Origin: a bacterium
GTDB lineage: Bacteria; Krumholzibacteriota; Krumholzibacteriia; G020349025
Direction of reading: 5' to 3'
Assembly: GCA_031362565.1 (NCBI GenBank)
Contig: JANLSU010000120.1
Location: 64,001 to 128,000, forward strand
Length of the DNA stretch: 64,000 nucleotides
A model generated the notes under the pieces. It worked only from the letters and a program-made list of their open reading frames with translations. It ran no database searches and was not told the origin of the DNA. Of the stretch, positions 19,701-28,998 are shown one piece after another. The translations under genes and the position numbers were made by a program. Each line of letters begins with the position of its first letter. The first letter of the stretch is position 1.

Positions 19701-22271
19701 TTGCTGTGGACGCGGCCCGCGCAAGAGGTGGATGACGGGCGGATAGATCGGGAATGCGATCGCGAAAAGCGCCGCGGCCGTCCACAGAAGCGAGCGCCCG
19801 GGCAACCATGTCCAGGCGGAGGCAAAAAGGATCAGCAGCGCCGGCGCGAACAAACTGCGGCGAAGGTTGTCCAGGATCTTCCAGCGGCTAATGAGCGGCA
19901 ACGAGTTGCGCTCGAGCCCGTGGCGGGCCGGCACGAACGGCAGCAGCCAACGGAGGATTTGCCAATCACCGCGCACCCATCGATGCTGCCGGCGCGCGTG
20001 CGCCAGAACACTCGCCGGGAACTCGTCGACGAGTTCGACATCGGCGGCGAACGCCGTACGCGCATAGAGGCCTTCGAAGAGGTCGTGGGACAGCAACGCA
20101 TTTTCCGGCACGCGTCCGGCGAGTGCGGCGGAGAAAGCATCGACGTCGTAGATCCCCTTGCCCACGAACAGTCCCTCGGCGAACAGGTCTTGATAAGTGT
20201 CGGAGACTACGTTGCTGTAGGGGTCGACGCCCGTGTGGCCGGCATACACTCGCGCGAAGAGCGAACTCGCGGCGCTCGTCATCGTGACGCTGACCCGTGG
20301 CTGCAGAATCCCGTAGCCTTCGACGACCCGCCGCGAAGCCGGATCGAAGCGGGCTCGATTCAAGGGGTGTTCCATGATGCCGACGAGTTCGCGGACCGTT
20401 TCGCGCGGCAGGCGGGTGTCGGAATCCAGAGTGACGCAGTAGCGGATGGACGCCAGATTCGTCCGGTCGCCTTCGATCACATCGAACGAGGTGTCGGCCG
20501 CACCGCGCAGCAGCCGGTTGAATTCCTCCAGCTTGCCACGCTTGCGCTCCCATCCCATCCACACGCCCTCGGCGGGATTCCATTGGCGCCGCCGGTGAAA
20601 GAGCCGGAACCGGCCCGCACCGTGGCGGTCATTCAAAGCACGGATGGCGGCGCGCGCTGCCGCAACGATCTCCGGCTCGCCCGGCCGCTCGGCCGTGGGT
20701 GCGTCCGCGAAATCCGTCAGCAGTGCGAAGGAAACCATCGGGTCGTAGTTTCCCAGCGCTCGCACCTCGAGCTGTTCCGCGAGTTGCTGCACCCCGCCGA
20801 CGTCGAACAGCAGCGTCGGAACCACGACGATGGTTCGCGCCTGCGGCAGCAACCCGTCGTGCAATTCGAGACGCGGCAAGGCACGCGGCGGGAAGATCCG
20901 GTGCGCCAGCCGTTGCACGAGCGCCACGGCGAACTCGCTCGCCGGCAACATGACGACCAGGGCGGCGCCGAGCGCTGTCCACCAGTGTCCGCCGGTGAAA
21001 CGGGCCACCCACACGGCGGCTGCCATTCCGAGACCGGTCAACACGGTGATCGAGCCGATGTAGGCCGAGGTCGCATGCCGTGAAACAAACCGTCGCAGGC
21101 GCCTACCCAACGGGGCACGGCACGCAAGCTGCGATTCCAGCCGCGCGCGGCCCGCGCCAATGAGGTGGTATCCCACATGGGCCGTCCTGGAATCCGCGCC
21201 CTTCCGGTCGGCGGCAGCGCGCGCACTTTCGATTGCCCGCCGGGCAACGAGCAACTGTGATTCCCCGGTCGGCTCGGCAACCTGCTCCACGGCCTGGCGG
21301 TACCGATCGCGGCTCTTGAAGTTCATCGCCGAGTACACACCACCGGGATCGAGCCGCAGCACTTCCTCGATGCGGCTCAAGCGCTCCACCTGAGCATTCC
21401 AATCGATGGTTGCAATGAGGCGCAGGCTGGTGATCGAATTGGCGGTGGATGCATGACGCGTGGTGAGGCGTTGCTGCTGCGCCAGCACCACTTCTTCTTC
21501 CGAGCTCCATTGCGGCCGCAAGCGCCCGTCGACAACGGCTGCCAGTTCCTCCGCCCGGGGGCCTGCTTCGCGGAGACACTGGAGGAGATGCGCCGCGAAC
21601 CCGAGCTCGATGTCGTCGGGCAGGCCCGGCAACTTGGCGCCTGCCGCCTCGAAGCGCGCGAAATAACGCTCCGCCTCCAGCTGTTGCCGGCGGTTGTCGA
21701 GCAGCTCACCCGCCAGGCCACCCAGGTTCTCCAGGAGGGCGAGGCGCAGCACGCTCGGCCAGGCCCACAACTCGCCGATCGTGAGCGGCGCAACCGCCTG
21801 GTAGGCGTTCAAGAATCGAAACAGCCGTTCGACGTCGAGCCGCGCGTCGCTGCGGCGCACGATTTCGAGTGCGGCAACGTGAATTCGCGCCAGGGCCCGG
21901 CCGGTTTCGGGCACCAGCTTGGGCAGTTCGAGATAGTAGCGGCGCGGCAGATTGCGTTTGGTCTCGCGGATCTCGGACTCGATGAGGTGAAAATTGTCGA
22001 GCAACCATTCGACGGCGGGGGTGACGGATTCCCCGTGCCGCGCCGCCGCAGAAAAAGCTTGATAGGTGCGGCGCAGCGCTGCGGCGATGGTCTCGATGCG
22101 TGAGTTGCAGTCGAACGCCCGGCGCCATGGATCGCGGGCCATGACGTGGTTGGCGGCGAGTTCGCGCGCCCGCTCCTCCAGGCCCTCGACGCTCAGGAAC
22201 TGTGTTCCAGAGGGGTCTTCGGATGGGAGTCGAGAGCGCCCGGCCGCAGCGGATCGTCGCCGTCGTCGCAT
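13704..22271 (-). CDS. ndvB: Cyclic beta-1,2-glucan synthase/phosphorylase (GT84 plus GH94-like)
   Basis: 2855 aa; [74 protein letters not shown]. Confidence 0.92.
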   Translation of the reverse strand: MRRRRRSAAAGRSRLPSEDPSGTQFLSVEGLEERARELAANHVMARDPWRRAFDCNSRIETIAAALRRTYQAFSAAARHGESVTPAVEWLLDNFHLIESEIRETKRNLPRRYYLELPKLVPETGRALARIHVAALEIVRRSDARLDVERLFRFLNAYQAVAPLTIGELWAWPSVLRLALLENLGGLAGELLDNRRQQLEAERYFARFEAAGAKLPGLPDDIELGFAAHLLQCLREAGPRAEELAAVVDGRLRPQWSSEEEVVLAQQQRLTTRHASTANSITSLRLIATIDWNAQVERLSRIEEVLRLDPGGVYSAMNFKSRDRYRQAVEQVAEPTGESQLLVARRAIESARAAADRKGADSRTAHVGYHLIGAGRARLESQLACRAPLGRRLRRFVSRHATSAYIGSITVLTGLGMAAAVWVARFTGGHWWTALGAALVVMLPASEFAVALVQRLAHRIFPPRALPRLELHDGLLPQARTIVVVPTLLFDVGGVQQLAEQLEVRALGNYDPMVSFALLTDFADAPTAERPGEPEIVAAARAAIRALNDRHGAGRFRLFHRRRQWNPAEGVWMGWERKRGKLEEFNRLLRGAADTSFDVIEGDRTNLASIRYCVTLDSDTRLPRETVRELVGIMEHPLNRARFDPASRRVVEGYGILQPRVSVTMTSAASSLFARVYAGHTGVDPYSNVVSDTYQDLFAEGLFVGKGIYDVDAFSAALAGRVPENALLSHDLFEGLYARTAFAADVELVDEFPASVLAHARRQHRWVRGDWQILRWLLPFVPARHGLERNSLPLISRWKILDNLRRSLFAPALLILFASAWTWLPGRSLLWTAAALFAIAFPIYPPVIHLLRGPRPQQPVPIFLHDIRAELATALAQVLLQVTLLPFHAFEMIHAIALTLVRLLITQRRLLEWESAAAGAARAAGLLRNDGIRGFVGEMWAAPATAIAIAVLLPNVRSERFATAIPFLALWLASPVIALWLSRATAPRRSALHDSERVAFRRMARKTWRFFEQFAGPEDNWLPPDHHQEAPTARIAHRTSPTNVAMGLLGSLAAYDLGYMHRDDLAARIGRTFDTLDRMTKYAGHLLNWYDTSTLAPLAPRYVSTVDSGNLAGALLALAAGLREIASKPLDAGRLCAGGADTALLLQESLAALASPDGAHRSDLQRRAELGHEAAAIRALLQSSAEPGVRLSAAAGRAETLHAGLVEMRGDSTAADWAEAVEWSEKLAQLLRRPSSEPPVLFAEQFLALARRAQDMLQRMDFAFLFDRERRIFSIGYRIGDEDTAGGLDASFYDLLASEARLASFVAIAKGDVPQLHWFQLGRALTPVGAASTLVSWSGTMFEYLMPLLVMRSYPDTLLDTACRNAVRAQRRYAGDLHVPWGISESGYDVTDRAGNYQYREFGVPGLGLKRGLADSLVIAPYACALAAGIDPEAVAANFAHLEAEGGEGRFGFYESIDYTPRDETTGEPAARRGHRAVGTVVREYMAHHQGMVLVSLANVVLGNRMVERFHSDPTVRATQLLLQERVPRFVPVTRPRPGEAARVVAPEVVATPRRFRSAHTPFPTAQFLSNGHFVTVVTNSGGSASRCGDIAVSRWREDSTSDPGSSFLYLRDVRSERVWSASFQPTRQEAKDYRCLFLAERAIFRGTDDGIETQLDIAVSPEDDVEVRRLRLVNRSDREREIEVTSYVELALAPPGDDLAHPAFGGLFLETEAHPEISALLCGRRKRAATDPSVWAMHVRSAEGRLHGALEWETDRARFIGRGRNLERPAALEGRALSGTTGAVLDPVFSLRQRIRLMPGERTRLSFATGIAPEREMALALAGKYSDPQSAARTFTLAATHALIKLRHLGLSAGEAQLFERLASRVFYADGSMRAAPEFGAANELAQSGLWGFGISGDLPIVLVRVVEADDLALVRQVLQAQEYWRLAALRADVVILNEYPGSYLGQMHDSLAELLRSGPWASWRDRSGGAFLTRADAMPVNQKFLLCTVARVVLSGDRGSLAEQIERPIPEAAAPRVLRPTRQPEERLPDDQAEPVLPGLTFANGIGGYTADGREYVIALRGDEQTPLPWSHVLANPRFGTLVTAAGCAFTWSENSRENRLTPFANDPVTESTSEAVYLRDDDTGQVWGATPGPLRRAREDPLWVARFGAGVARFEHARHGLHHELTQFVHADEAVKFVRLSITNRSPRTRRASAFAYFQWALCPPRAGDHLHVVTEFDAASATVLARNPYNEDFAARVAFVHCASHLRSATGDRAEFIGRNRSVANPAGLENELLGGRFGAGLDPCAVLHAALDLHPGETHEILFLVGQAADRAAALDCVRRLGSGAAANAALAAVEAGWDDLLEAVRVHTPDDSFDLLINRWLVYQDVACRLWARTGFYQSSGAFGFRDQLQDVLALSWSAPTLFRDHVLHAASRQFLEGDVQHWWHPVTGRGVRTRCSDDLLWLPFAVAHYLQTVGDRRILDVDVPFLEAPVLEPGAGESYGQPAVSQQSATLYEHCVRAIDRALVVGTHGLPLFGTGDWNDGMNRVGHEGRGESVWLGWFLALILRDFESIALGRNDVSHASRYKQEVTRLATMLDQAWDGSWYRRGYFDDGSPLGSSQSEECRIDSISQSWAVLSGVADPGKCERALDAVRQHLVHRDTQLIQLLSPPFDRTPHDPGYIKGYVPGVRENGGQYTHAAAWVVMATALQGGGEEAVEFFHLLNPINHTRTRRAAERYRAEPYVIAADVYAHPMHSGRGGWTWYTGSAGWMHRAGLEAILGLRRRGTHFSLQPHIPATWQGFTISIRLGRTRYEIVVDNPDGISEGRIVATFNGAGVDAEAIPCADDGGTHHVHATLHRQTAVRPVPVLGRE

Positions 22272-22329
22272 CTTTGATCCGCCTTTGAGCTGCCGGCTGC
22301 GTACGGCGGTTCGCGACCCGTGATTTCCG

Positions 22330-22374
22330 ACCCTACAGTGGACCGGATGACATCGTCATGACGCCAATATGACA
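22330..22374 (-). promoter_or_regulatory. Triple direct-repeat promoter #2 (ndvB)
   Basis: Plus-strand ATGACA 22369, ATGACG 22358, ATGACA 22347, then 11 nt, then -10 TAGGGT (22335-22330). Confidence 0.7.
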
Positions 22375-22392
22375 GATTCTTCATGCACGAGG

Positions 22393-22437
22393 TGTAATGA
22401 ATGCGTCAGGCCGCTGTCATCTTTTGAGTCGCATTCT
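22393..22437 (+). promoter_or_regulatory. Triple direct-repeat promoter #3 (lmo0937-like/BON genes)
   Basis: TGTAAT 22393, CGTCAG 22404, TGTCAT 22415, then 11 nt, then -10 CATTCT 22432. Confidence 0.65.
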
Positions 22438-22486
22438 GTCGGCGTGGATCTTGGTTCTCGACTCATGATTCCAAGGAGGTTCGACC

Positions 22487-22639
22487 ATGTTGTGGACTAT
22501 TGCAGTTGTTCTAGTGGTTTTGTGGCTTCTCGGACTCGTCAGTTCTTACACCATGGGCGGATTCATTCATGTGCTTCTCATTCTTGCAATCGCGGCGGTA
22601 TTGATTCGCCTGATTCAGGGGCGTCGGCCCGTCGTTTGA
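22487..22639 (+). CDS. lmo0937-family small membrane protein (50 aa)
   Basis: AAGGAGG RBS; MLWTIAVVLVVLWLLGLVSSYTMGGFIHVLLILAIAAVLIRLIQGRRPVV; below the ORF-track cutoff. Confidence 0.9.
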   Translation: MLWTIAVVLVVLWLLGLVSSYTMGGFIHVLLILAIAAVLIRLIQGRRPVV

Positions 22640-22687
22640 GCGCGCGGCATCCGCACTCGCAGTGCCGTCCTGGAGGGATGAAAGGCG

Positions 22688-23173
22688 ATGCAGTTGGTGT
22701 GGTTTGTCGTCGGTCTCGTCGTGATGTACTGGCTCGACCCCACCTCGGGGTCGAGCCGCCGGAGGCTGTGGCTGTCGCGCGGCTGGTTCGTGCTGCGAGG
22801 GCTTGGCGGTGCTTCGCGGCGGCGGTTACGCGCTTTCCCGTCGGCGCCCCTGGCGTCGGTCGCCGCGCTGCGCTCCCGGCGCGCGGCCAGTATTGAGGCC
22901 TTGAGCGAGGACGAACTGTTGGAGCGCATCTGCGACGAACTCGACGGTGTCTCGCATCCGCAGATCGCGGTTCATGTCGAGTCGCGCCGGGTCACCCTTT
23001 CGGGGCCGATTCTGGCGCGCGAGGTCGTGACACTGCTGCGCAGGGTTGCCAAGGTGCCCGGCGTCGAGACGGTCAGCAACCATCTGTCCGTGAAACGGGA
23101 TTCGGATGCACGAGTGCGCTGGCTGCCGGCACGGCGGCGGCGGCGGCGGCCCGATTCCGTGTCAGCTCACTGA
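22688..23173 (+). CDS. BON-domain protein with N-terminal membrane anchor
   Basis: YWLDP..G.RRR anchor; I.VHV....VTLSG...A.VPGV..V.NHL.V BON pattern. Confidence 0.8.
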   Translation: MQLVWFVVGLVVMYWLDPTSGSSRRRLWLSRGWFVLRGLGGASRRRLRAFPSAPLASVAALRSRRAASIEALSEDELLERICDELDGVSHPQIAVHVESRRVTLSGPILAREVVTLLRRVAKVPGVETVSNHLSVKRDSDARVRWLPARRRRRRPDSVSAH

Positions 23174-24080
23174 AGCCCCTCGATCACATCCGCTGCAACC
23201 GGCAGCGTTCCACCGGCTCGTGGGGCTTGCTTCGGAGGCGCGCCCGGGATCGCGTACGACGCCAAGGCGGCTTGGATGTCGAGCATGCGCCGCGCCGCTT
23301 CCTGTCTGCCGATCGCGATGATCTCTGAAATCTTATCGGGATTGGCGGCGAGATCGAACGGAATTTCCGGCTTCAAGCAGACATCGAACTGCCCGAGCAC
23401 GAGCTCGGCGTATTGGTCCTGCATGATGAGCGACATCGAGCGCCATAGCAGCCGTAGCATGTCGGGCGGCGCCTGGCGCGAACTGCGCGGCCCCGCCGCG
23501 TCGCGGATATCGGCGATGCGTTGCCGGACGTCGTCGGGGCGCTGGCGAATCGCCCGCACCGGAATCTTCAAATCCGCTCCCAACATTTCCAGAAGATGAA
23601 CTGGGATCGGTGAAATGACCGCGCCATCCACCAGGTAGGTATCACCCCATTCCACCGGCGTGAAGATGCCAGGCAAGCTGATCGAGGCCCGCACTGCCGG
23701 GAAGACCGGGCCCGACTTGAAGACCACTTCTTGACCGGTCAGCAAGTCGGCCGCCGGCACGGCGAAGGGTATTTTGAGGCTCTCGAATGTCGTGTCTTCC
23801 CGCATCAAATCACCCAGCACTCGGAGGATCGAATTGCCCTGCACGAAGCCGGCGCGAGTCGGGCGCAGATCCCGCAGCAAGGCGGGAATCAACCGTTTGC
23901 GTTGAAAGAAACCCTTGAAACGCTCCTCGAGCTCCTGCGGCGAGTAGCCGTAGGCGTACAAGAGGCCGATGATCGAACCCATGCTCGTGCCCGCCCAAAC
24001 GGCAGTCCACCGCCGAAGGCGAGTCCCAGTCTGGGGCGGGCGGGGGCCTGCCCCTCTTTTTGAACGGCGGCTTTTTTCAA
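23167..24080 (-). pseudogene. Patatin-like phospholipase disrupted by internal deletion and frameshift
   Basis: AAGGAG then TTG at 24080 gives RLGLAFGGGLPFG in one frame; AGTSMG..RASISLPGIF..VDGA follows in another frame from ~23994, with the intervening helix-strand absent. Confidence 0.75.
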
Positions 24081-24110
24081 TGCGGCTCCTTGCAACTTCG
24101 AGACGATCCA

Positions 24111-24165
24111 AGTGTTGGCGAATTCACGTGACTCGTCCATTGCGTCAACATGACAAACGCGTCAT
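24111..24165 (-). promoter_or_regulatory. Triple direct-repeat promoter #4 (patatin)
   Basis: Plus-strand ATGACA 24150 (also the palindrome ATGACAAACGCGTCAT), ATTGCG 24139, GTGACT 24128, then 11 nt, then -10-like AACACT. Confidence 0.55.
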
Positions 24166-24291
24166 GTGCGCTGGGGATCGATGCGGCGCCGGTTCTTTTT
24201 GACTTTTCAGCAGCGCCGCCGTTCTCTAAACTTAGCGCCGTGCACGCTTGGGCGCGCCAGCATGGCTACCGCAGGATCTCGAGGAGACCGT

Positions 24292-24693
24292 ATGACTGAC
24301 AGCAGTGCTATTCGCCTGCTTTGCGTCGACGACAATCCCGACTTGTCGTTTCTGCTGCACAAACAGATCGGGCTCCAGGACGACATGGAAAGTGTCGGGC
24401 TGGCGCACGATCTGGACGACGTCCTCGACGCCGTCACCCGCACCCAGCCCGATGTCGTCGTCATGGACTTTTCGATGCTCGGCAGGGATGCACTCACCAC
24501 GATGGTCGAGATCCAAACCGCCTACCCGCAGATTCGCACCCTGATCTACTCCGGCTATGACGATGCGGAGACGATCGACCGGGCGCGGCAAGCCGGCGCC
24601 TGGGGGTACGCGGTGAAATGCCGGGACATCGAAGACCTGTTCCAAGCCATCCGCCGCGTTGCCGGCGGGGAGCGGGTTTTCCCGCCGAATTGA
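24292..24693 (+). CDS. Single-domain response regulator (NarL-like REC, no HTH)
   Basis: GAGGAG RBS; LLCVDD, VVMDFSM, YSG, GAWGYAVK. Confidence 0.85.
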   Translation: MTDSSAIRLLCVDDNPDLSFLLHKQIGLQDDMESVGLAHDLDDVLDAVTRTQPDVVVMDFSMLGRDALTTMVEIQTAYPQIRTLIYSGYDDAETIDRARQAGAWGYAVKCRDIEDLFQAIRRVAGGERVFPPN

Positions 24694-24742
24694 TCCTCGG
24701 CGTCGGATTTCCCGCCGCCCGAGCCACCCTCGATGTCCATCA

Positions 24743-24787
24743 TGTCACGCAGCTGTCATGCATTCGTTACGTGCCAAGGGCTATTCT
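24743..24787 (+). promoter_or_regulatory. Triple direct-repeat promoter #5 (structured RNA/DUF1003)
   Basis: TGTCAC 24743, TGTCAT 24754, CGTTAC 24765, then 11 nt, then -10 TATTCT 24782. Confidence 0.7.
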
Positions 24788-24793
24788 GCGCCG

Positions 24794-25014
24794 GAGTTTC
24801 CCCGATGCAGGATGCAACATTGCGGGGAAGGCGGCTGACGCGTAACGGAGTGTGTCGCGCCGCCGAAACGGGGAGGCCCCTCTGACGCCGAGCGAGTGCC
24901 TCCCGAGACCAAGGTGGGCGCCCCCGATCGTAAAACAGCGGGGGCGCCACCAGAACGACTCGGTGAAATCCCCGTAGAACCGATGCACAGCCCCAACGGT
25001 GACCTAGGTCTCGG
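24794..25014 (+). ncRNA. Candidate multi-hairpin structured RNA or 5' leader
   Basis: Six stems identified by eye, starting at the predicted TSS (coordinates in findings). Confidence 0.45.
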
Positions 25015-25051
25015 CGACAGAACGCCGCGGGAAATTCCCAAGAGGTCGAGA

Positions 25052-25591
25052 GTGCCCCATCACATCATCGCGCCACTCCCAGGCAGCAGCACCCCACGCG
25101 ATGGAGCGCTGCACAAGAACATCCAAACCGTTGCCGAGTTGGAACATCAGGCCAAGCGTGACCGCTCACTCGCGCATCGACTGGGCGATCCGATCGCCAA
25201 CTTCGCCGGCACGATGCCGTTCATTTTTCTGCACCTGCTCTGGTTCGGGGCTTGGGTCCTGATCAATATGGGCCGAGTTCCGGGGATGCAGGCGTTCGAC
25301 CCGTATCCATTCACGTTCTTGACCTTTTGTGTTTCCCTCGAGGCGATCATCCTTTCAGCTTTCGTTTTGATGAGCCAGAACCGCATGAGCCGCCAGTCCG
25401 ACGAGCGCGCTCACCTCGACCTGCAGATCAATCTGCTGGCGGAACAGGAGTCGACCGAGGCGCTGCACCTTCTTCAACAGATTTGCGCCCATCTTGGTGT
25501 GCCCGAGAGCGCAAACCCGGACGCGGCGGCGTTAGCCGCAAAGACGAACGCCGGAGACGTCGCGCAAATGGTGCGCAAGCAACTGCCATGA
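25052..25591 (+). CDS. DUF1003 membrane protein
   Basis: FAGTMPF..H..WF..W, FDPYPFTFLT...SLEAI.LS.FVLMSQNR, DLQINLLAEQE. Confidence 0.88.
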   Translation: MPHHIIAPLPGSSTPRDGALHKNIQTVAELEHQAKRDRSLAHRLGDPIANFAGTMPFIFLHLLWFGAWVLINMGRVPGMQAFDPYPFTFLTFCVSLEAIILSAFVLMSQNRMSRQSDERAHLDLQINLLAEQESTEALHLLQQICAHLGVPESANPDAAALAAKTNAGDVAQMVRKQLP

Positions 25592-25651
25592 GCTGGCCAG
25601 TGTGTTGCTCTGCGGCTTCGCGAAGCGCGACAAACCCTGGAGGGGAAACAA

Positions 25652-25780
25652 ATGAGCAAGGTACTGCGGGGGCTCGCGGCCGGATGGGGCGCCAAGAGAA
25701 TGGGCGGCGGCTGTATGGGTACAGTGGTCGTGTTTCTGATCTTGTGGTGGTTACTCGGACACTTTGGAGTGTTCAAGTGA
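25652..25780 (+). CDS. Small membrane protein (42 aa)
   Basis: GGAGGGG RBS; MSKVLRGLAAGWGAKRMGGGCMGTVVVFLILWWLLGHFGVFK. Confidence 0.7.
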   Translation: MSKVLRGLAAGWGAKRMGGGCMGTVVVFLILWWLLGHFGVFK

Positions 25781-26881
25781 GGCGCCGCCCGGCGGCAGCG
25801 TGAAAAAGAACGTCGCGCCATGGCCGGGCTGCGCGTCGGCCCAGATGCGGCCCCCATGCTGCTCGACGATGCGTTTGGCCATCGCCAATCCGACTCCCGA
25901 GCCTTCGAAGTCATCGATACTGTGGAGCCGCTGAAACAATCCGAAGAGCTTGTCGGCGTAGCGGCGGTCGAATCCCGCGCCGTTGTCTTTGACGTAGTAC
26001 ACGTCGTTACCGTCCAACGCCATCGAGCCAATCTCGATGGCCGGCGCCGGACTCTTGGCGCTGAACTTCACAGCGTTTTGCAGCAGGCTCATCCACACCC
26101 GAAAGACGAGCGTTGGGTCCCCGTACGCTGCGGGTAGAGCCTGAACTGTAATCTTCGCGCGGTGTTCCAAGCCGGATTGCTGCAGGCGGCAAACGGCGCC
26201 TTCAACCTGGTCCGCCATGTCGAGGGGCTCCGGTCTACATTCAGCCGCACCGAGTTCCATGAAATGGACCAAACCATCCACGAGGCCGCGCATGCGTTTC
26301 GCGTTGGACAAGACCAACGCGAGCATGCGTTGGCCGTCGGAACCGAGATTGGCGCCCTGTTCGTCGGCCAAGATCCGCGCGAAGCCATCGATCGCCCGCA
26401 ACGGCGCGGTCATTTCATGCCCCAAGGTACGGGCGAGCGCCCGCAGTTCCGAGTTCGTGTGCGGTGCGTCGGTGGGACGGCCCGGCAGGGGCTCGACAGC
26501 CGCGGCCGCGCGCAACAAGATCAGCAGCCGCGATTCACCATCGACTTCGAGGCGCTCGGCGAACGCCTGCATTGCCATGACGAGCCCGGCGCGAGTTCGG
26601 CAGGCCACAGGGCGCATCGCCGGCTCGTGACCGGCGGGCACGGCGCCTGCGAGAGCGAGTTCGGGTGCCCCACTGATGAGCACAGCGGACAATGCCACGC
26701 CGGCGATCAACTCCGCGCGTGAATAACCCACGCAGCGGCACGCCGCCGCGCTCGCTTCGACGATCCGGTCGTTGCCCGGGTCGATTTCAAAAATGACATC
26801 GGTGGCGTGCTGCAGGACCCAACGATAGCGGCCCGCCGGCGTAAGTTCTGCGGTCTTTCGGCTCATGATGATTGCGTCCAT
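25751..26881 (-). CDS. PAS sensor histidine kinase
   Basis: N-terminal PAS; GHEMTAPLRAI H-box, NAVKF, DNGAGF, LFQRLH, GSGVGL. Confidence 0.88.
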   Translation of the reverse strand: MDAIIMSRKTAELTPAGRYRWVLQHATDVIFEIDPGNDRIVEASAAACRCVGYSRAELIAGVALSAVLISGAPELALAGAVPAGHEPAMRPVACRTRAGLVMAMQAFAERLEVDGESRLLILLRAAAAVEPLPGRPTDAPHTNSELRALARTLGHEMTAPLRAIDGFARILADEQGANLGSDGQRMLALVLSNAKRMRGLVDGLVHFMELGAAECRPEPLDMADQVEGAVCRLQQSGLEHRAKITVQALPAAYGDPTLVFRVWMSLLQNAVKFSAKSPAPAIEIGSMALDGNDVYYVKDNGAGFDRRYADKLFGLFQRLHSIDDFEGSGVGLAMAKRIVEQHGGRIWADAQPGHGATFFFTLPPGGASLEHSKVSE

Positions 26882-26973
26882 GTCGGGTTGCTTGGGATGA
26901 GCCTACAGCGGAGCGCCGCAGGGGTCAAACTTTGGGGCGGCGAAGGGGCCCCGCCGCGCGCTTTCGATTCCTG

Positions 26974-27026
26974 TTGACGGACCCGACCCCGCGGTCCTAT
27001 TCTGTCCTTATTGAGATTGAGTCTCA
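26974..27026 (+). promoter_or_regulatory. Promoter with Fur-box-like palindrome
   Basis: TTGACG-18 nt-TATTCT, then TGAGATTGAGTCTCA (27012-27026), upstream of heme genes. Confidence 0.65.
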
Positions 27027-27105
27027 GGCGCAACAGGCAGACGGGCGCCGAGGCGACCCCCGCCCCTGCTGGGCTGGGGTAGTCTCAAAGCATGTGGCCA
27101 GAGGC

Positions 27106-27483
27106 ATGAAGAGCCCCGAGCCCGGTCAGTCCACCCAACGGACCGCCGGGCTCTTGCTTTTGGAGAGGCTGGTGCGCTTCGAGATTCGCTGCCGGGGCTA
27201 CTTGACGCTTTCGGGCGGCGAACGACAACGCGTCCACTTGGCGCGCGTCCTCGTCCAGCTTGCTCTGTCGTACGCCGATCGCATTGCCTTGCTGCGCCGC
27301 GGACGCATTGTCGAGTGCGGCGCGCCGGGAGCCGTGTTGACCCCGGCGCACGTCCTCGCGACGTTCGATGTCGCGGTGACTATTGTCTCGGATCCGCGCC
27401 TCGCGGCACCATTCATCGTCCCGCTGGCCGTGAAAGGGACACCCCGCACTGATATGCCACGAGAGAAGGAGCACGTGCGATGA
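27106..27483 (+). pseudogene. Collapsed heme ABC transporter ATPase (HmuV-like) remnant
   Basis: YLTLSGGERQRVHLARVLVQL joined directly to ALSYADRIALLRRGRIV..G.P..VLT; Walker A, Walker B and H-loop are missing. Confidence 0.75.
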
Positions 27484-28565
27484 CGACGCGCAAAAACTGG
27501 GCACCCGGTGACTTGCAAGCAGAGTTCGCGGTCTTGCGGGCGCGCGAGCCGCGGATCCGGCCGTATGACGCCGCGCGGACCTTGCAGACGAGCGAAGCAG
27601 AGTTGGTAGCCAGCGGGTGTGGGAGTTCGGCGACACGCTTGCGCCCGGAGTGGACGACCCTGTTGCCGGAGATGGAATCGCTCGGTGAGGTCATGGGGCT
27701 GACTCGCAACGAATGGGCCGTGATCGAGAAGCATGGACGCTACCGCAACGTCGAGCTGGGAGCGCACGCCGGAACCGTGTTGGACGAGGGGCTCGACTTG
27801 CGTGTCTTCCCGTCGCAGTGGACGTTTGCGTACGCGGTGCAGGACGGCGCGCGCCGCAGCATTCAAGTATTCGACCGGCATGGGGTCGCCGTGCACAAGA
27901 CCTTCCTGCTGGAGAACAGCGGCGCCGAGGCATACGGCCGCCTGGTGGCAAAATATGCCGCCGTGGATAGATCAATGCAGCCGGAAGTCGTGCCCCTGCC
28001 GGCCCCACAACCCGGCAAGAGCGACTCCGAAGTGAATGTCGTCGAATTACGGCACCGCTGGTCGCAGCTTCGCGACACGCACGAATTCTTCCGTCTGCTG
28101 CGCGAACTTCAGGTCGAGCGCATTCGGGCGCTGCGTCTGGTCGGCGCGGACTGGGCGCGGCCCGTGCAGCGCCTGACGCTGCGCGAAGTGTTGGAATGGG
28201 CCGTTTCGACCCGCTTCCCGGTCATGGTGTTCGTCGCCAACCCCGGCAACATCCAAATCCATACGGGGCCGGTCGAGAATTTGAAACAGGCCGGGGAGTG
28301 GTTCAATGTTCTCGACCGCGGCTTCAACCTGCACATTCATGAGGTGGGGATCGATTCTGCGTGGGTGGTGCGCAAGCCGACATCCGACGGAGTCGTGACC
28401 AGCCTAGAGTTGTACGCCGCCGATGGAACAGGAATCGTATCGTTGTTCAGCAAGCGGAAGCCGGGCCAAGTCGAGTCCACGGAGTGGCGGACGGCGCTCG
28501 CGGCACAGTCTCTCGATGTTGGAGCTCGCGATCGACGGCGTGCGGCGCCAGAGAGCGAGGATTGA
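27480..28565 (+). CDS. hemS: Hemin-degrading/trafficking factor HemS/HmuS/ChuS
   Basis: SEAELVA, LTRNE, LDLRVF, SIQVFD..G.AVHK, DTHEFF, MVFV.NPG.IQIHTG, WVVRKPT.DG.VTSLE. Confidence 0.9.
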   Translation: MTTRKNWAPGDLQAEFAVLRAREPRIRPYDAARTLQTSEAELVASGCGSSATRLRPEWTTLLPEMESLGEVMGLTRNEWAVIEKHGRYRNVELGAHAGTVLDEGLDLRVFPSQWTFAYAVQDGARRSIQVFDRHGVAVHKTFLLENSGAEAYGRLVAKYAAVDRSMQPEVVPLPAPQPGKSDSEVNVVELRHRWSQLRDTHEFFRLLRELQVERIRALRLVGADWARPVQRLTLREVLEWAVSTRFPVMVFVANPGNIQIHTGPVENLKQAGEWFNVLDRGFNLHIHEVGIDSAWVVRKPTSDGVVTSLELYAADGTGIVSLFSKRKPGQVESTEWRTALAAQSLDVGARDRRRAAPESED

Positions 28566-28579
28566 CGAGCTCTATCTGA

Positions 28580-28869
28580 GAACCGGAGTGCGGCTTGGTC
28601 GCCGCCTCGAAGCACAGCGCCGCCTCGTATTTGCCGGCGCGGAGCGTCTGCAACAGCCATTCCGTGTACCGGCGGCGTTCATGGTTCGGATTGGGGCACG
28701 CCAGACGGACCGCGCAGTGCCGCGAATGCAGGCCCTCGGCGCGCGGCTTGTGCGAGGCGCCGGTGACATGCAGACCGCGGCGGCCAAGGCTGCGAATCGC
28801 GGCCAGCGCGTGACAGTACTGCGCATCGAGCACCAAGACGCGCGGCGCGTTGCCTCGGAAAGCGGACAT
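28580..28869 (-). pseudogene. N-terminal fragment of an ATP-grasp/carboxylate-amine ligase-like gene
   Basis: VLVLDAQYCHALAAIRSLGRRGLHV..SRHC..CPNP..WLLQTL..YEAAL; plausible coding character ends near the hemS stop, with no ATP-grasp core. Confidence 0.55.
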
Positions 28870-28998
28870 TCGACCCTCCAGAGTCTTCGGCTCTTGGAGA
28901 GTGCAAACGGCGGTCCAGAGATCGCATGGAGGGAGCGGCATCCGCCTTGGCGCGCAGGGCGGCGAACAGCGTACGGAAACGCCGCACGTCCATCAGTC

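Noticed and set aside
24955..24985. CGGTGAAATCC resembling a cobalamin riboswitch element
   Set aside because: No upstream GGGAA, no GCCACTG/B12 box, and the downstream gene is unrelated
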